64,000 nucleotides of DNA from Myxococcota bacterium (lineage in GTDB: Bacteria > Myxococcota_A > UBA9160 > JAFDDA01): contig OZ245817.1 in the NCBI GenBank assembly GCA_965228475.1, positions 1,056,001 through 1,120,000 on the forward strand, read 5' to 3'. Below, in pieces: positions 9,400 to 18,592 of the stretch; the stretch's first letter is position 1; every line of letters begins with the position of its first letter. Below the pieces are notes generated by a model that was not told the DNA's origin, did no database searches, and saw nothing but the letters and a program-made list of their open reading frames with translations. Made by a program: the position numbers and the translations under genes.

Positions 9400-10107
9400 A
9401 TGAACGTCGCGATGGACGACGAGCGCGTACCGTCGGTGGTCCGAGAGAGCGTCCGCACCGGCATCTTCCAGGCCATCCGCCGGGACGTGGAGCTGCGCGG
9501 CGGGCGGACGGCCCACCTGCTGCTCATGGCGGCCGCCCTCGGCGTCGCCGGTGCCGTCGGCGTAACGGCCCTGGTCTCGGGCCACCCCTTCGATCACCAT
9601 CCCCCTTGGCATGTGACGGTCGTCAGCTCGGTATGGGCTGGTCTCCTGTTCGTGAGCTTCGCGGTCGTCCTGCTCGAAATCCGTACGCCACGATTGCAGC
9701 TCGCGAAATCCGCTGCCGTAGGGATCCTCGGCCTCGGGGTCGCCGGCCTCTGCGGTGCCGCCTGCCCGGACCCTCACTTTCTGATCTGGTGGTCCACCAC
9801 GCCCGTAGGGGACGCGGCGGCCCGCGCCGGGGGGCCCGCGGCGAGTGCGTTCTGTCTCGGCCTGCTCAGCACGGCGGGTTTCGCCACGGTCGCCGCGTTC
9901 GTCGTGCTTGGCCCCGCCGGTTGGGACCGGTCGACGCGGCTGCTCTCGGCGGCCTTCCTACTCCTGCTCCTGCTGCCCGGCGTGGCACTCCAGTCCGTCG
10001 GGGCGTCGTGGCTCAGCTTCGCCGCGTGGGCAATCGGAGCGGGGGGCGGTGCAATCGTGGGAGTCGGGGTCGGCCACCGCACGCGAGTTCGGCTGGTCGC
10101 CCAATAG
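9400..10107 (+). CDS. Membrane protein, paralog of the putative anti-sigma factor at 27960-28670
   Basis: Shares [21 protein letters not shown], CGAxCPDxHFLxWW and PGVALQS with the 27960 ORF. Confidence 0.75.
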   Translation: MNVAMDDERVPSVVRESVRTGIFQAIRRDVELRGGRTAHLLLMAAALGVAGAVGVTALVSGHPFDHHPPWHVTVVSSVWAGLLFVSFAVVLLEIRTPRLQLAKSAAVGILGLGVAGLCGAACPDPHFLIWWSTTPVGDAAARAGGPAASAFCLGLLSTAGFATVAAFVVLGPAGWDRSTRLLSAAFLLLLLLPGVALQSVGASWLSFAAWAIGAGGGAIVGVGVGHRTRVRLVAQ

Positions 10108-10121
10108 GAGAGGGGCACGTC

Positions 10122-10838
10122 ATGTCACGGTCCATTCAATGGCTTCTCGTCGTCGTTGCGGGCATCTGGATCGGCTGTGCCGACCCGGTCGCCGAGCCAC
10201 GGGCCGATGGTGTCGTTGCCGAGCGGCATCGACGTGAAGCGGAAGCCCATTCGGAGGATGCCGAGGCCCATTCGAGGCGGTACGACCCCCGGGCAGGAGC
10301 TCCGAGCTACGGGGGGGCGGGCCCTTCTTCCGGCACCTGGACCCCCGACGGAGACTGGGAAGACGACCGGGACTGGAACGACGACTTGTACTGGGACATG
10401 CAGCAGTACAACCCCAGCATCCGGCATGCGCTCGAGGCCGAGGAGCACGAGCGGCGCGCGCGCGAGCATCTCGAGGTCGCACGCGAGCTGGAAGCCTTCG
10501 AGCGCCGCGAGTGCAGGGCCTTCCCTGTCGAGACGCGCGCGCTCTGCCCCTTGCTGGGACCGATCGAATCCGTCGAAGAGATCGCGGGCGGAGTTCGCCT
10601 CCACCTGGCGGCCGACGTCGACGTGAACGCCGTCGTCGCGCACATGCGCTGTCACGTGGCTTTCGCCCGGACTCGAGACCACATCGGAATGGATCAGTGC
10701 CCGCTCTATCTCGAGAGCGTCCGAGTCAAGCGGCTGGCCCGAACGCGGAGCGTCGATCTGCTCGCTTCCGGAAAAGCGGCCATCCGGGAGCTCCGACGCA
10801 GGGCACGCACCCATGTTCGACGCGGGAGCGCGCGGTGA
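10122..10838 (+). CDS. Putative lipoprotein, His/Cys-containing, unknown function
   Basis: GGAG RBS, hydrophobic signal ending IGC; HMRCH and CPL motifs. Confidence 0.65.
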   Translation: MSRSIQWLLVVVAGIWIGCADPVAEPRADGVVAERHRREAEAHSEDAEAHSRRYDPRAGAPSYGGAGPSSGTWTPDGDWEDDRDWNDDLYWDMQQYNPSIRHALEAEEHERRAREHLEVARELEAFERRECRAFPVETRALCPLLGPIESVEEIAGGVRLHLAADVDVNAVVAHMRCHVAFARTRDHIGMDQCPLYLESVRVKRLARTRSVDLLASGKAAIRELRRRARTHVRRGSAR

Positions 10839-11896
10839 TGTCTCGACGCCGAGCGAGCCTCGGGTTGTTGGGCGCCTGGGCTTTGACGGTCTCGGCCCCT
10901 GTCCTCGCCGCCGACGCCTCGGCTGATCCCGATCTGACGACCGCCTACCAGCAGGTGGCTCGCTCGGTGGCGATGGTCGTAGTGCGCGGCGTGCGTCCCA
11001 CGCTCGACCCGCCCGGGCCGATGCTGGCGCGGACCGAGTGGAGCGGAAGCGGCTTCGCGATCCAACCCGGCCTCGTGGTCACGAACTACCATGTGATCGA
11101 GCACGCGATGGCCATCGAGGTGCATCTCCGCAATGGGCGCTCGGCCCGGGCCCGCGTCGTCGGAACCGCTCCGGGCCTCGATCTCGCGCTGCTTGCCGTC
11201 GGGTTCGACGAAGAGGATCTGGCTCCCGTCTCGGTCCGGTCGGGGGCTCGCCTCGAGATCGGGCAGACCGTGGTCGCGGTCAGCCATCCACTCGGGCTCC
11301 AGCACTCGGTGAGCGCCGGTGTCGTCAGCGGCTTGAGGCGGGAGCTGCCCGGGACGGAGCTCGGCTCGAACCTCATTCAGTTCGACGCTGCGATCAACCC
11401 CGGCCAGAGCGGAGGGCCTCTCGTGGACAGCGACGGCCGGGTTGTGGGCGTGACCACGGCCAAGGTTCTCGAAGCGGAGGGCATAGGGCTGGCGATTCCG
11501 ATCGACGTCGTGGAGGCGGTGGTGCCGGACCTGGTGCGGATGGGCCACCCACTCCGGCACCAGGTCGGAATCAGCGGAGTCACCATCGACCCCGACCTGG
11601 CAGTCCTCTTCGACATCCCGGTCGATTGGGGTTTCCTGGTCGAGCGCGTGGAAGAGGGGAGTCTCGCCGAGGGGATCGGCCTGCGACATGGAGAACGGAT
11701 CGTTCACCTCGGGGGGCATTCGTTCGTCCTGGGCGGGGACATCATCGTTGCGATCGGCGAGGAGTTGATTCGTGGTCCCGGTGACCTGTTGCGAATCCTG
11801 AGTACGCTGAGAGAAGGCGAGACCCTTCAGCTCGAGGTGCTCGGCGCGACGGGGCACCGAACCGTGGCTCTCGAGCTTCCTCCCATGGAACACTAG
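10838..11896 (+). CDS. HtrA/DegP-like trypsin serine protease with PDZ domain
   Basis: GSGF, VTNYHV, DLALL, DAAINPGQSGGPL; C-terminal PDZ-like GDIIVAI. Confidence 0.9.
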   Translation: MSRRRASLGLLGAWALTVSAPVLAADASADPDLTTAYQQVARSVAMVVVRGVRPTLDPPGPMLARTEWSGSGFAIQPGLVVTNYHVIEHAMAIEVHLRNGRSARARVVGTAPGLDLALLAVGFDEEDLAPVSVRSGARLEIGQTVVAVSHPLGLQHSVSAGVVSGLRRELPGTELGSNLIQFDAAINPGQSGGPLVDSDGRVVGVTTAKVLEAEGIGLAIPIDVVEAVVPDLVRMGHPLRHQVGISGVTIDPDLAVLFDIPVDWGFLVERVEEGSLAEGIGLRHGERIVHLGGHSFVLGGDIIVAIGEELIRGPGDLLRILSTLREGETLQLEVLGATGHRTVALELPPMEH

Positions 11897-11900
11897 CGCT

Positions 11901-12335
11901 GTGTGGCTGCGTGGAGTTCGAAGGTACATGGGCGCATCCGTCGTGGGGAACCTCGTCTGGGAGACGGCTCACGTCCCTCTCTACACCCTGTGGACGGAGG
12001 GCTCTCCGAGCCAGATCGCCTTCGCCGTTCTGCACTGTACCGGCGGCGACATTCTCATCGCACTGTCCTGCCTGATGGGTGCTCTCGTGCTCGTGGGCAA
12101 CTCGCGGTGGCCAGCAGAGCGTTTCCTTCCGGTCGCCGGGTTCGCGATGGTGTCCGGCCTGCTTTACACGGTCTTCAGCGAGTGGCTGAACGTCGAACTC
12201 CGGCAGTCGTGGGCGTATGCGCCTTCGATGCCGACGCTCCCGCCCCTCGGGACGGGGCTCACGCCAGTCCTCCAATGGGTCGTCGTTCCGTCTGTCGCCT
12301 TGGCGTTCGTCCGGCGCGCGCAGCGGCCCGCGTGA
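11901..12335 (+). CDS. Small membrane protein of unknown function
   Basis: Several TM helices; WETAHVPLYTLW, HCTGGD, W-Y-P-MP motifs. Confidence 0.65.
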   Translation: MWLRGVRRYMGASVVGNLVWETAHVPLYTLWTEGSPSQIAFAVLHCTGGDILIALSCLMGALVLVGNSRWPAERFLPVAGFAMVSGLLYTVFSEWLNVELRQSWAYAPSMPTLPPLGTGLTPVLQWVVVPSVALAFVRRAQRPA

Positions 12336-12349
12336 GAGGCGACGCTCGG

Positions 12350-12850
12350 CTAGTGCCCGTGAGAGTTGGCGCCTGGAAGGCTGCCTCCCGGGTACTGAGC
12401 CGCGATCATGCGCAGAGCGCGGTCGATCCGCTTCAGGTCGGCGAGCAGAATGCGCTCGTCGCCGCTGTCGGCAACCTCGACGAGGTGCTCCGAGATCTTC
12501 GACAGCTGGATGGCGCCGCTTCTGGCGCGCGTTCGTTTCGCCCCCGATGGATCGGCCGTCACCCGCTGGAGTACCAGCGCGAGCGGCCCGATCTTCCGAG
12601 CGGCCGCTCGAATCCGGGCGGGCCTCTTCGTAGCGATCCCGTCTTCGATCTCACCCCGTGCGGTCAGGAGATCGCGCCAGGCCCCCAAGAACTCGGGCGG
12701 AGGCTCGGGAACGGGCGAAGGGGCGCTCCCCGCGGAGCCTCCCCCAGGGCTGCCGTGGGCCATCGCAGCCCCAGGCAGGAGGGCAAGAGCTGCCATCGCC
12801 GCGCAGACTGCGGAAAGAACCGGACGCTCGGCCACCCTTCTCTTCATCAC
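12350..12850 (-). CDS. Secreted helical protein, homolog of the N-terminal domain of 25443-26330
   Basis: Signal peptide AMA-H; GAW...AKR.R...QL...AD...LKR.D...AQYP.G.L shared with the 25443 ORF. Confidence 0.7.
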   Translation of the reverse strand: MMKRRVAERPVLSAVCAAMAALALLPGAAMAHGSPGGGSAGSAPSPVPEPPPEFLGAWRDLLTARGEIEDGIATKRPARIRAAARKIGPLALVLQRVTADPSGAKRTRARSGAIQLSKISEHLVEVADSGDERILLADLKRIDRALRMIAAQYPGGSLPGANSHGH

Positions 12851-12894
12851 GTGTTCGACGTCCTGTCGTCGGAGGATTCGTTCACCATGGACCC

Positions 12895-12921
12895 ACTACG
12901 ACTGGCGAAGGCAATGGTGAC
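12895..12921 (-). promoter_or_regulatory. Putative ECF promoter GTCACC-N14-TCGTAGT
   Basis: Motif copy upstream of the 12850 gene. Confidence 0.6.
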
Positions 12922-12954
12922 AGCCGCGACGAGTGGTCTCGAACGGAGCAACCG

Positions 12955-13491
12955 ATGAAGCGTCGAATCCAACGCCGTCAGGCCCAGCTGCGTCGTTCGC
13001 ACGCGGCGCGCCACACTGGAGCCGCACAGAACCGACTTCTCTGGCTTCTCGTCGGGGGATCTGTCGTGATCGCGGTGGTGACGATTGCGGTCTGGTACTC
13101 GACTCGCCAAGAACAGGGGGTCGTCGTCGATCCGACGCCCGTGACGCCAGAGCGCATCTCCCAGGGAGAGAAGGTGTACGCCGACCATTGTGCCTCCTGC
13201 CACGGCGCCGACCTCGAGGGACAGCCAGATTGGAAGAACCGGCTGCCGAGCGGGGCGTATCCTGCGCCACCTCACGATGAGACCGGTCACACCTGGCACC
13301 ACCCGGACGAGTTCCTGTTCGACGTCGTCAAGCGCGGAGGGCAGCCCACCGCGCCTAGGGGTTTCGTGAGCGCGATGCCTGCGTTCGGCGACGTCCTCTC
13401 GGATGACGAGATCTGGGCCGTGCTCGCGTTCATCAAGAGCCGCTGGTCCGACGATGCCAGGAAGTGGCAGCGACTTCAGTCGCGGCGCTGA
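12955..13491 (+). CDS. Membrane-anchored monoheme cytochrome c
   Basis: CASCHG, PAPPHDETGHTWHHPD, MPAF. Confidence 0.88.
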   Translation: MKRRIQRRQAQLRRSHAARHTGAAQNRLLWLLVGGSVVIAVVTIAVWYSTRQEQGVVVDPTPVTPERISQGEKVYADHCASCHGADLEGQPDWKNRLPSGAYPAPPHDETGHTWHHPDEFLFDVVKRGGQPTAPRGFVSAMPAFGDVLSDDEIWAVLAFIKSRWSDDARKWQRLQSRR

Positions 13492-13507
13492 AGGGTGCAG
13501 CCTCAGC

Positions 13508-14719
13508 CTAGGGAGTCGCCGAGAAGACCTCCCGTGGCTGGGAGATTCCCTTCAGTTCACGACGACCCAGAGTTTCGTAGTCGCCACCTTCTCGGCGAAC
13601 GAAATCCTCCGACGCCACGATCCCTGAAGGGGCGCGCTTGCTCAGTGATTCGATTCGTGTCACGAGGTTGACGGCCGGACCGATCACCGTGAAGTCCAGC
13701 CGATCCGATGCCCCCACGTTCCCGAACAGCACGTCACCCACGTGGAGAGCCACGCCGCAAGCAAGATCGAAGTCCGGCTCCTTCCGGCGTCGATCCGCCA
13801 TGGCGCGTTGGGCCTCGCGCGCGACCCGCAGCGCCCGACGGGCCGTCGGGCAGGCGCGGCGGTGACCGACCGGGCACGGGAAGACCGCGAGCAAGCCGTC
13901 GCCGATGAACTTCAGGATCTCGCCTCCAGCGGCCTGGACGGGGCGCGCGATCGTTTCGAAGTACCGGTCGAGGAGATCGGTCAAACGCGGAACCGCCGTC
14001 TCCTCGGAGAGCGGAGTGAAGTCCCGAAGGTCCGAGTAGAAGAGAACCGCGTGGATCATCTCGGATTCGCCGCGGCGGATGGAGCCGCGAAGTACGCTTT
14101 CGGCCGCGCTCTTCCCCAAGTAGGTGCGAAGGAGGGTTCGTACCAGAGCCCGTGTCTCGTGGAGGTCGGCGGCGGGCGCGAAGGCGTCCGTCGCGCGGCG
14201 CAAGCTCGCTAGGTTCGCCTTCGAGAAGCCCTCAGGTCGCTGCGTTCCGAGCACGAGGGCGGCCGGCCCCTGGACCCACCTCGGAACCGGCGCGATCAGG
14301 AAGTGGGTGATTCCGTGGGCCTTCAGGTCTCGCACCAGGGCATCGTCTCGCGGCTCCGGGGTTGCGATCAAGTGGCGGTCGATTGCCGAGAGACCGCTCC
14401 ACATCTGCGAGACGAGCACGTCGTCTTGTTTCGAGCTCGGCTCTCGCTTCTCGGCCCGCCGCACGGCCCGGCCGGCGGTCCGTGTCCATTTGTAGGTTCG
14501 CGTCTCCGGCGTGGGGCTGAGGTGCAGGGAGTGCATGGAGAGCCAGTCCACTTCGATCCCGGCGTCCTGCAAAGCCCCGGCGAAACCCTCGAGAAGCTCC
14601 CCGAGATCCTCTACCAACCCCGCGCGCGTGAGCATCCATTCGCGAACACTCGGGGTCCCCGGCCCCACTAGGGCGTCTCCGGATCCCGCTCCAGAGCCTT
14701 CGCCTCGGCCGCGTGCCAC
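13508..14719 (-). CDS. Class III adenylate/guanylate cyclase
   Basis: LFYSDLRDFT, LKFIGDGLLA, DFTVIGPAVNLVTRIE, LKG; exact start uncertain. Confidence 0.88.
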   Translation of the reverse strand: MARGRGEGSGAGSGDALVGPGTPSVREWMLTRAGLVEDLGELLEGFAGALQDAGIEVDWLSMHSLHLSPTPETRTYKWTRTAGRAVRRAEKREPSSKQDDVLVSQMWSGLSAIDRHLIATPEPRDDALVRDLKAHGITHFLIAPVPRWVQGPAALVLGTQRPEGFSKANLASLRRATDAFAPAADLHETRALVRTLLRTYLGKSAAESVLRGSIRRGESEMIHAVLFYSDLRDFTPLSEETAVPRLTDLLDRYFETIARPVQAAGGEILKFIGDGLLAVFPCPVGHRRACPTARRALRVAREAQRAMADRRRKEPDFDLACGVALHVGDVLFGNVGASDRLDFTVIGPAVNLVTRIESLSKRAPSGIVASEDFVRREGGDYETLGRRELKGISQPREVFSATP

Positions 14720-15348
14720 GCTGCCGCCTTCTCGGCGGCACGAGCGCGACGCCGCGCGTCGTTCGCGCCCTGTAGGTCGCCGTTCGCTTCCAGGAGATCG
14801 GCGAACTGCGAGCGGGCGCGGGAAATCTCCCTCTCCATTCCGGCGATCCTCCGGTGGTGGTCCACCAGACGCCTCAGATCCCCGCCCGTAGGTCCCGCGG
14901 TCTCCGAAACGACGATCTTGCCCCGCATCTCGCGACCTCCCGGGACAGGCCGCGGTGGGCGCGTGGCCGTGTCGAGCTGCTCGACCACGTAGCCGTAGGT
15001 GCCAGGCTCCAGGAGGCAGAGGCTCGCCGCTTCGAGCGGTTGCACGGGGCTGGCGACGAGATAACCCTCCAGCGCAAGCCGGAAATGCGAAGGCTCACGA
15101 CATCGCACCCGGGTCGAGGCGTCCGGCTCGAGCCGGATGCGAACGGGGGTCCGGGCGTAGTTGAGCCACACGATCGCGTCCCGGGTCGTGGCGAGGCGGA
15201 TGCCGGGATCCAGATCCGTTCGCGAGACCCGAACCGTGACGTGATCACGGCCTGCATGCTCGTGTCGATCTTCGGAGCTAGCCGCCGCGCTGGGTCCCGT
15301 GGCGACGGCCGCGAGCAGGAGCACGACGATCCAACGCTTCCGTTCCAT
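14668..15348 (-). CDS. Secreted protein, possible cupredoxin-like fold plus helical tail
   Basis: Signal peptide, HEHAGRDH, IVWLN...PGTYGY...GKIVV pattern. Confidence 0.55.
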   Translation of the reverse strand: MERKRWIVVLLLAAVATGPSAAASSEDRHEHAGRDHVTVRVSRTDLDPGIRLATTRDAIVWLNYARTPVRIRLEPDASTRVRCREPSHFRLALEGYLVASPVQPLEAASLCLLEPGTYGYVVEQLDTATRPPRPVPGGREMRGKIVVSETAGPTGGDLRRLVDHHRRIAGMEREISRARSQFADLLEANGDLQGANDARRRARAAEKAAAWHAAEAKALERDPETP

Positions 15349-15411
15349 CCCAGCCTCCACGTGCAATCACCACTGCCGGCCCGGCCTTGGGGCGCCGGGC
15401 CGGCCAGGGCG

Positions 15412-15759
15412 CTAGCGCTTCTTCGCCTCTGCCTCGTGGAGCTCCGCCAGGGCCTCGTACTCCTCGGCCATGCCGGCGTATCGATCCGAGATGCTCTGGC
15501 AGTGCTGCTTCATGCGAGCGCGCTGAACGTGCTTTCCACCCCCGTAGGTCATGCCCATCCGTTCGTGGCGCTCCCGCTCCTGGCGCGCTTCCTCGGCCTT
15601 CGCGCGGTAGTGCTTCGCGAGTGCCATGTGCTGGGCCGGCGTCTCGGCCATCTCGACCACGAGCTGTTCGAGGGAGTGGCCGTCTTCGCCCGCGCTAGCG
15701 ATCCCGCCGGGAGCGACCAGGGCCAACACGAACAGGGTTGCAACGATCTTCTTTGCCAT
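15412..15759 (-). CDS. Small secreted helical His/Met protein, possible metal binder
   Basis: Signal peptide ASA; HMALAKHY...HERM...MKQHC...LH. Confidence 0.7.
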   Translation of the reverse strand: MAKKIVATLFVLALVAPGGIASAGEDGHSLEQLVVEMAETPAQHMALAKHYRAKAEEARQERERHERMGMTYGGGKHVQRARMKQHCQSISDRYAGMAEEYEALAELHEAEAKKR

Positions 15760-15824
15760 CAGAATTCCTTTCGATCTTCCGCCCACCCAGGCGCGCACCG
15801 TACGGTAGGGGGGCGGCAGCGAGT

Positions 15825-15851
15825 AGTACGGGAGCCCGCGGCGCAGGTGAC
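15825..15851 (-). promoter_or_regulatory. Putative ECF promoter GTCACC-N14-CCGTACT
   Basis: Motif copy upstream of the 15759 gene. Confidence 0.65.
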
Positions 15852-15871
15852 GCACGTGCCGATTCGTCGCC

Positions 15872-17044
15872 CTACCTCGCGCCAGGGGGCCACGTCGCCC
15901 GCAAGAGGCCGGGGCCGAGAAGCGTCGTCGCGGTGATGACTAGAACCAGGGCGCTGAAGAGATCCGGTGCCAGGATGCGCTCGGCGAGGCCGACCTGAGC
16001 GAAGATCAGCCCGACTTCGCCACGGGGGACGAGGGCGCTTCCAACGGCGAGTCGAGGCGCCTCTAGCCCTCGGACGAGACAGGGTGCTGCCAGCTTGCCG
16101 GCCACGGCCGCGACGGTCAGGAGGCCTGCGAGCCCGAGCATCGCTCGCCCCTCGGCCGTGGCCCACGACAAGGCGTCGAACGAGATCGAAGCTCCGACGA
16201 GGACGAAGAAGACCGGTGTGAAGAGCTCGATCAAGGGCTCGAGCTCCGACGTGATCCACTCGCGCTCGGGGTGGCGAGCAAGCGCGACGCCCGCGGCGTA
16301 GGCGCCGATGATCATCTCGAGCCCCGAAGCTTCGGCCGCCGCAGCGGTCAGCAGCAGGGCGCTGAAGACCAGCACGAGGAGCGAAGTCCGCGCGCCGGTC
16401 CACCGAGTCAGCCAAAGACTCGCCCGGGCGATCGACCGCCCGGCCAGAAGGGCGAGGATCAAGAATGTCGCGGCCCGCGCCACCGCGGTGACCACTTCCA
16501 TGGGGATGTTGGTGGAGGACTGGCCCAGCCCGATCAGCGCGGCCAGGAGAACGAGTCCGACAACGTCGTCGATGACCGACGCCCCGAGGATCAGCGTGCT
16601 CGTCCGGCTCGCGCCTGCCCCGAGTTCCTCGAGGACGGAGGCGGTGACCCCGATGCTCGTTGCCGTGAGCGTCGCGCCGACGAAGATCGCCGGGATCGTT
16701 GGCAAGCCCAGCAACAGGGCTGCCAGGGTGCCGAGAAGGAGCGGCGCGAGCATCCCGAAGGCGGCGAGCAGGAATGCCGGACGCGCGACCCGGCGTGCAT
16801 CGTCGAGGCGAGTCTCGAGACCGATCCGGAAAAGCAGGACGCACAGCCCGATCTGCGCGAGATCGGGAAGCGCAGATCCGCTGTCGCCGTGAGCCCCATC
16901 CGTCACGAGCCCCAAAACGGCAGGGCCCAGACAGACGCCCGCAAGAAGATGCCCGACGACTGCGGGAAGCTTCGCGCGGCGGGCCAGCGCCCCGAACAGC
17001 ATTGCTGTCAGGAGGATCACGGGTAGCAACCAGTGGAGTCCCAC
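15872..17044 (-). CDS. Cation:proton antiporter (CPA2, Na+/H+ exchanger family)
   Basis: LFRIGLET, TATSIG, ASVIDDVVG, PVFFV, PRGEVG; GGAGG before GTG 17044 (alternative ATG 17098). Confidence 0.88.
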   Translation of the reverse strand: MGLHWLLPVILLTAMLFGALARRAKLPAVVGHLLAGVCLGPAVLGLVTDGAHGDSGSALPDLAQIGLCVLLFRIGLETRLDDARRVARPAFLLAAFGMLAPLLLGTLAALLLGLPTIPAIFVGATLTATSIGVTASVLEELGAGASRTSTLILGASVIDDVVGLVLLAALIGLGQSSTNIPMEVVTAVARAATFLILALLAGRSIARASLWLTRWTGARTSLLVLVFSALLLTAAAAEASGLEMIIGAYAAGVALARHPEREWITSELEPLIELFTPVFFVLVGASISFDALSWATAEGRAMLGLAGLLTVAAVAGKLAAPCLVRGLEAPRLAVGSALVPRGEVGLIFAQVGLAERILAPDLFSALVLVITATTLLGPGLLRATWPPGAR

Positions 17045-17186
17045 GAGTCCCTCCGACGCCGAGAGCGCAAGGATCCGCCCATTGGCGGTCGACCCCATGC
17101 GCCGAGGCCAGGATACACATCGAGCTGAAGTCGAAGCGTTCGACCCTGCGGCCGATCGACATACTCCGGATTTTTCTTGCGCCCCG

Positions 17187-17213
17187 GTCACCCCGTCACG
17201 GCTGGTCCGTATT
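17187..17213 (+). promoter_or_regulatory. Putative ECF promoter GTCACC-N14-CCGTATT for porin-cytochrome pair
   Basis: Motif copy upstream of GTG 17248. Confidence 0.7.
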
Positions 17214-17247
17214 TTGTTTACGGGGGCCCGAACTGGGGAGGGGCAAG

Positions 17248-18585
17248 GTGTCACACCGCGTTTGGCGATGGACTCGAGGATTGCTGGTCCTGGGCGCCCT
17301 CGGACTCGCTGCGCCGCAAGAGAGCCGAGGTGACGCGTTCGAAGAGCTCAAGGAGCTCGTTCGGGAGCAGAGCAAGCAGATCCAGGCGCTCCAAGACCAG
17401 GTCCGGCGGCTCGAGGACGACGCTGCGGCGCCGGTCTCGCGGCAGGTCGTCGACACGATCGACGAGAGGATCATCGACTTCGAGAACCACCCGAGTTCGA
17501 AGCTGTTCATCAGCGGCTACGGGGCGATGGGGTACAACGACTCGGACGACGAAGACGGCTCCTTCGGGGCATTGTTCGTCCCGATATTCCACTACCAGCT
17601 CAGCGACCGGCTTCACCTGACGGGCGAGGTCGAGTTCGACCTGCGCGGGGACGACCTCGACATCGAAGTCGAGTACGCCCAGATCGACTTCCTGCTGAAC
17701 GACTATCTCACCGTCACCGCAGGGAAGTTCCTGCTTCCCTTCAACGCATTTAGCGAGCGGATCCACCCCGCGTGGATCAACAAGCTCCCCTCGCTGCCGC
17801 CGATCTACGGGTCTCACGGGAGTGGCGGCGGCATCATCCCCGTTCTGAGTGATACCGGGCTCCAGCTGCGAGGAGGCGCGCGGCTCCCCTTCTCGCTCGG
17901 CGAGAACGAGCCCCGGTTGAACTACAACTTCTACGTCGTCAACGGGCCCCGAATCGAGCCCGAGTCGGAGGAAGACGAGCGCTTCGAACATCTCGCAGAG
18001 TTCCTCGAGGCCGAAGGGGCGATCGTGAGCGCGGACGATCTGCTCGAGGAGCTCGAGATCGGCCACGGCGAAGGCACGGAGATCGAGTTCGGGGAGACCT
18101 TCCGCGACAACAACAGCAACAAGGCGATCGGCGGGCGCATGGGGTTCCTGCCGGTGCCCTGGCTCGAGGCCGGCGGCTCGTTCATGCGGGGCGAGTTCGA
18201 CGACGGCGATGACCTCGACTTCCACATGTACGGATTCGATCTCGGTGCGAGGGTGGGCCCCTTCGACCTTCGCGGCGAGTACATCCGGCTCTCCTATGAG
18301 CTCGAAGAGGGCGGGACGGAGCGAACCGACGGCTTCTATACCCAGGTGGCCATGAAGCTCCGGGACGCGATCGAGCACTTCGGCGCCGCCAGTCCGCCGG
18401 TCATCGACCGCACGGAGCTCGTCTTGCGATACGGCCAGGTCGACAACGGCGCCGACTACGACGAGATCAGCCCGGGGATCGTCTACTGGATTCGGCCGTC
18501 GGTGCCGCTGAAGCTGGCCTACTCGTTCCGAAACGGAGACCGAGACGACGACGAGCTGCAAGTTCAGCTCGCGTTCGGCTTCTGA
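17248..18585 (+). CDS. Outer-membrane beta-barrel (porin-like) with N-terminal coiled coil
   Basis: Signal peptide, coiled coil, amphipathic strands (VEYAQIDF, AGKFLLPF), terminal QLAFGF. Confidence 0.8.
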   Translation: MSHRVWRWTRGLLVLGALGLAAPQESRGDAFEELKELVREQSKQIQALQDQVRRLEDDAAAPVSRQVVDTIDERIIDFENHPSSKLFISGYGAMGYNDSDDEDGSFGALFVPIFHYQLSDRLHLTGEVEFDLRGDDLDIEVEYAQIDFLLNDYLTVTAGKFLLPFNAFSERIHPAWINKLPSLPPIYGSHGSGGGIIPVLSDTGLQLRGGARLPFSLGENEPRLNYNFYVVNGPRIEPESEEDERFEHLAEFLEAEGAIVSADDLLEELEIGHGEGTEIEFGETFRDNNSNKAIGGRMGFLPVPWLEAGGSFMRGEFDDGDDLDFHMYGFDLGARVGPFDLRGEYIRLSYELEEGGTERTDGFYTQVAMKLRDAIEHFGAASPPVIDRTELVLRYGQVDNGADYDEISPGIVYWIRPSVPLKLAYSFRNGDRDDDELQVQLAFGF

Positions 18586-18592
18586 GGAGGGG

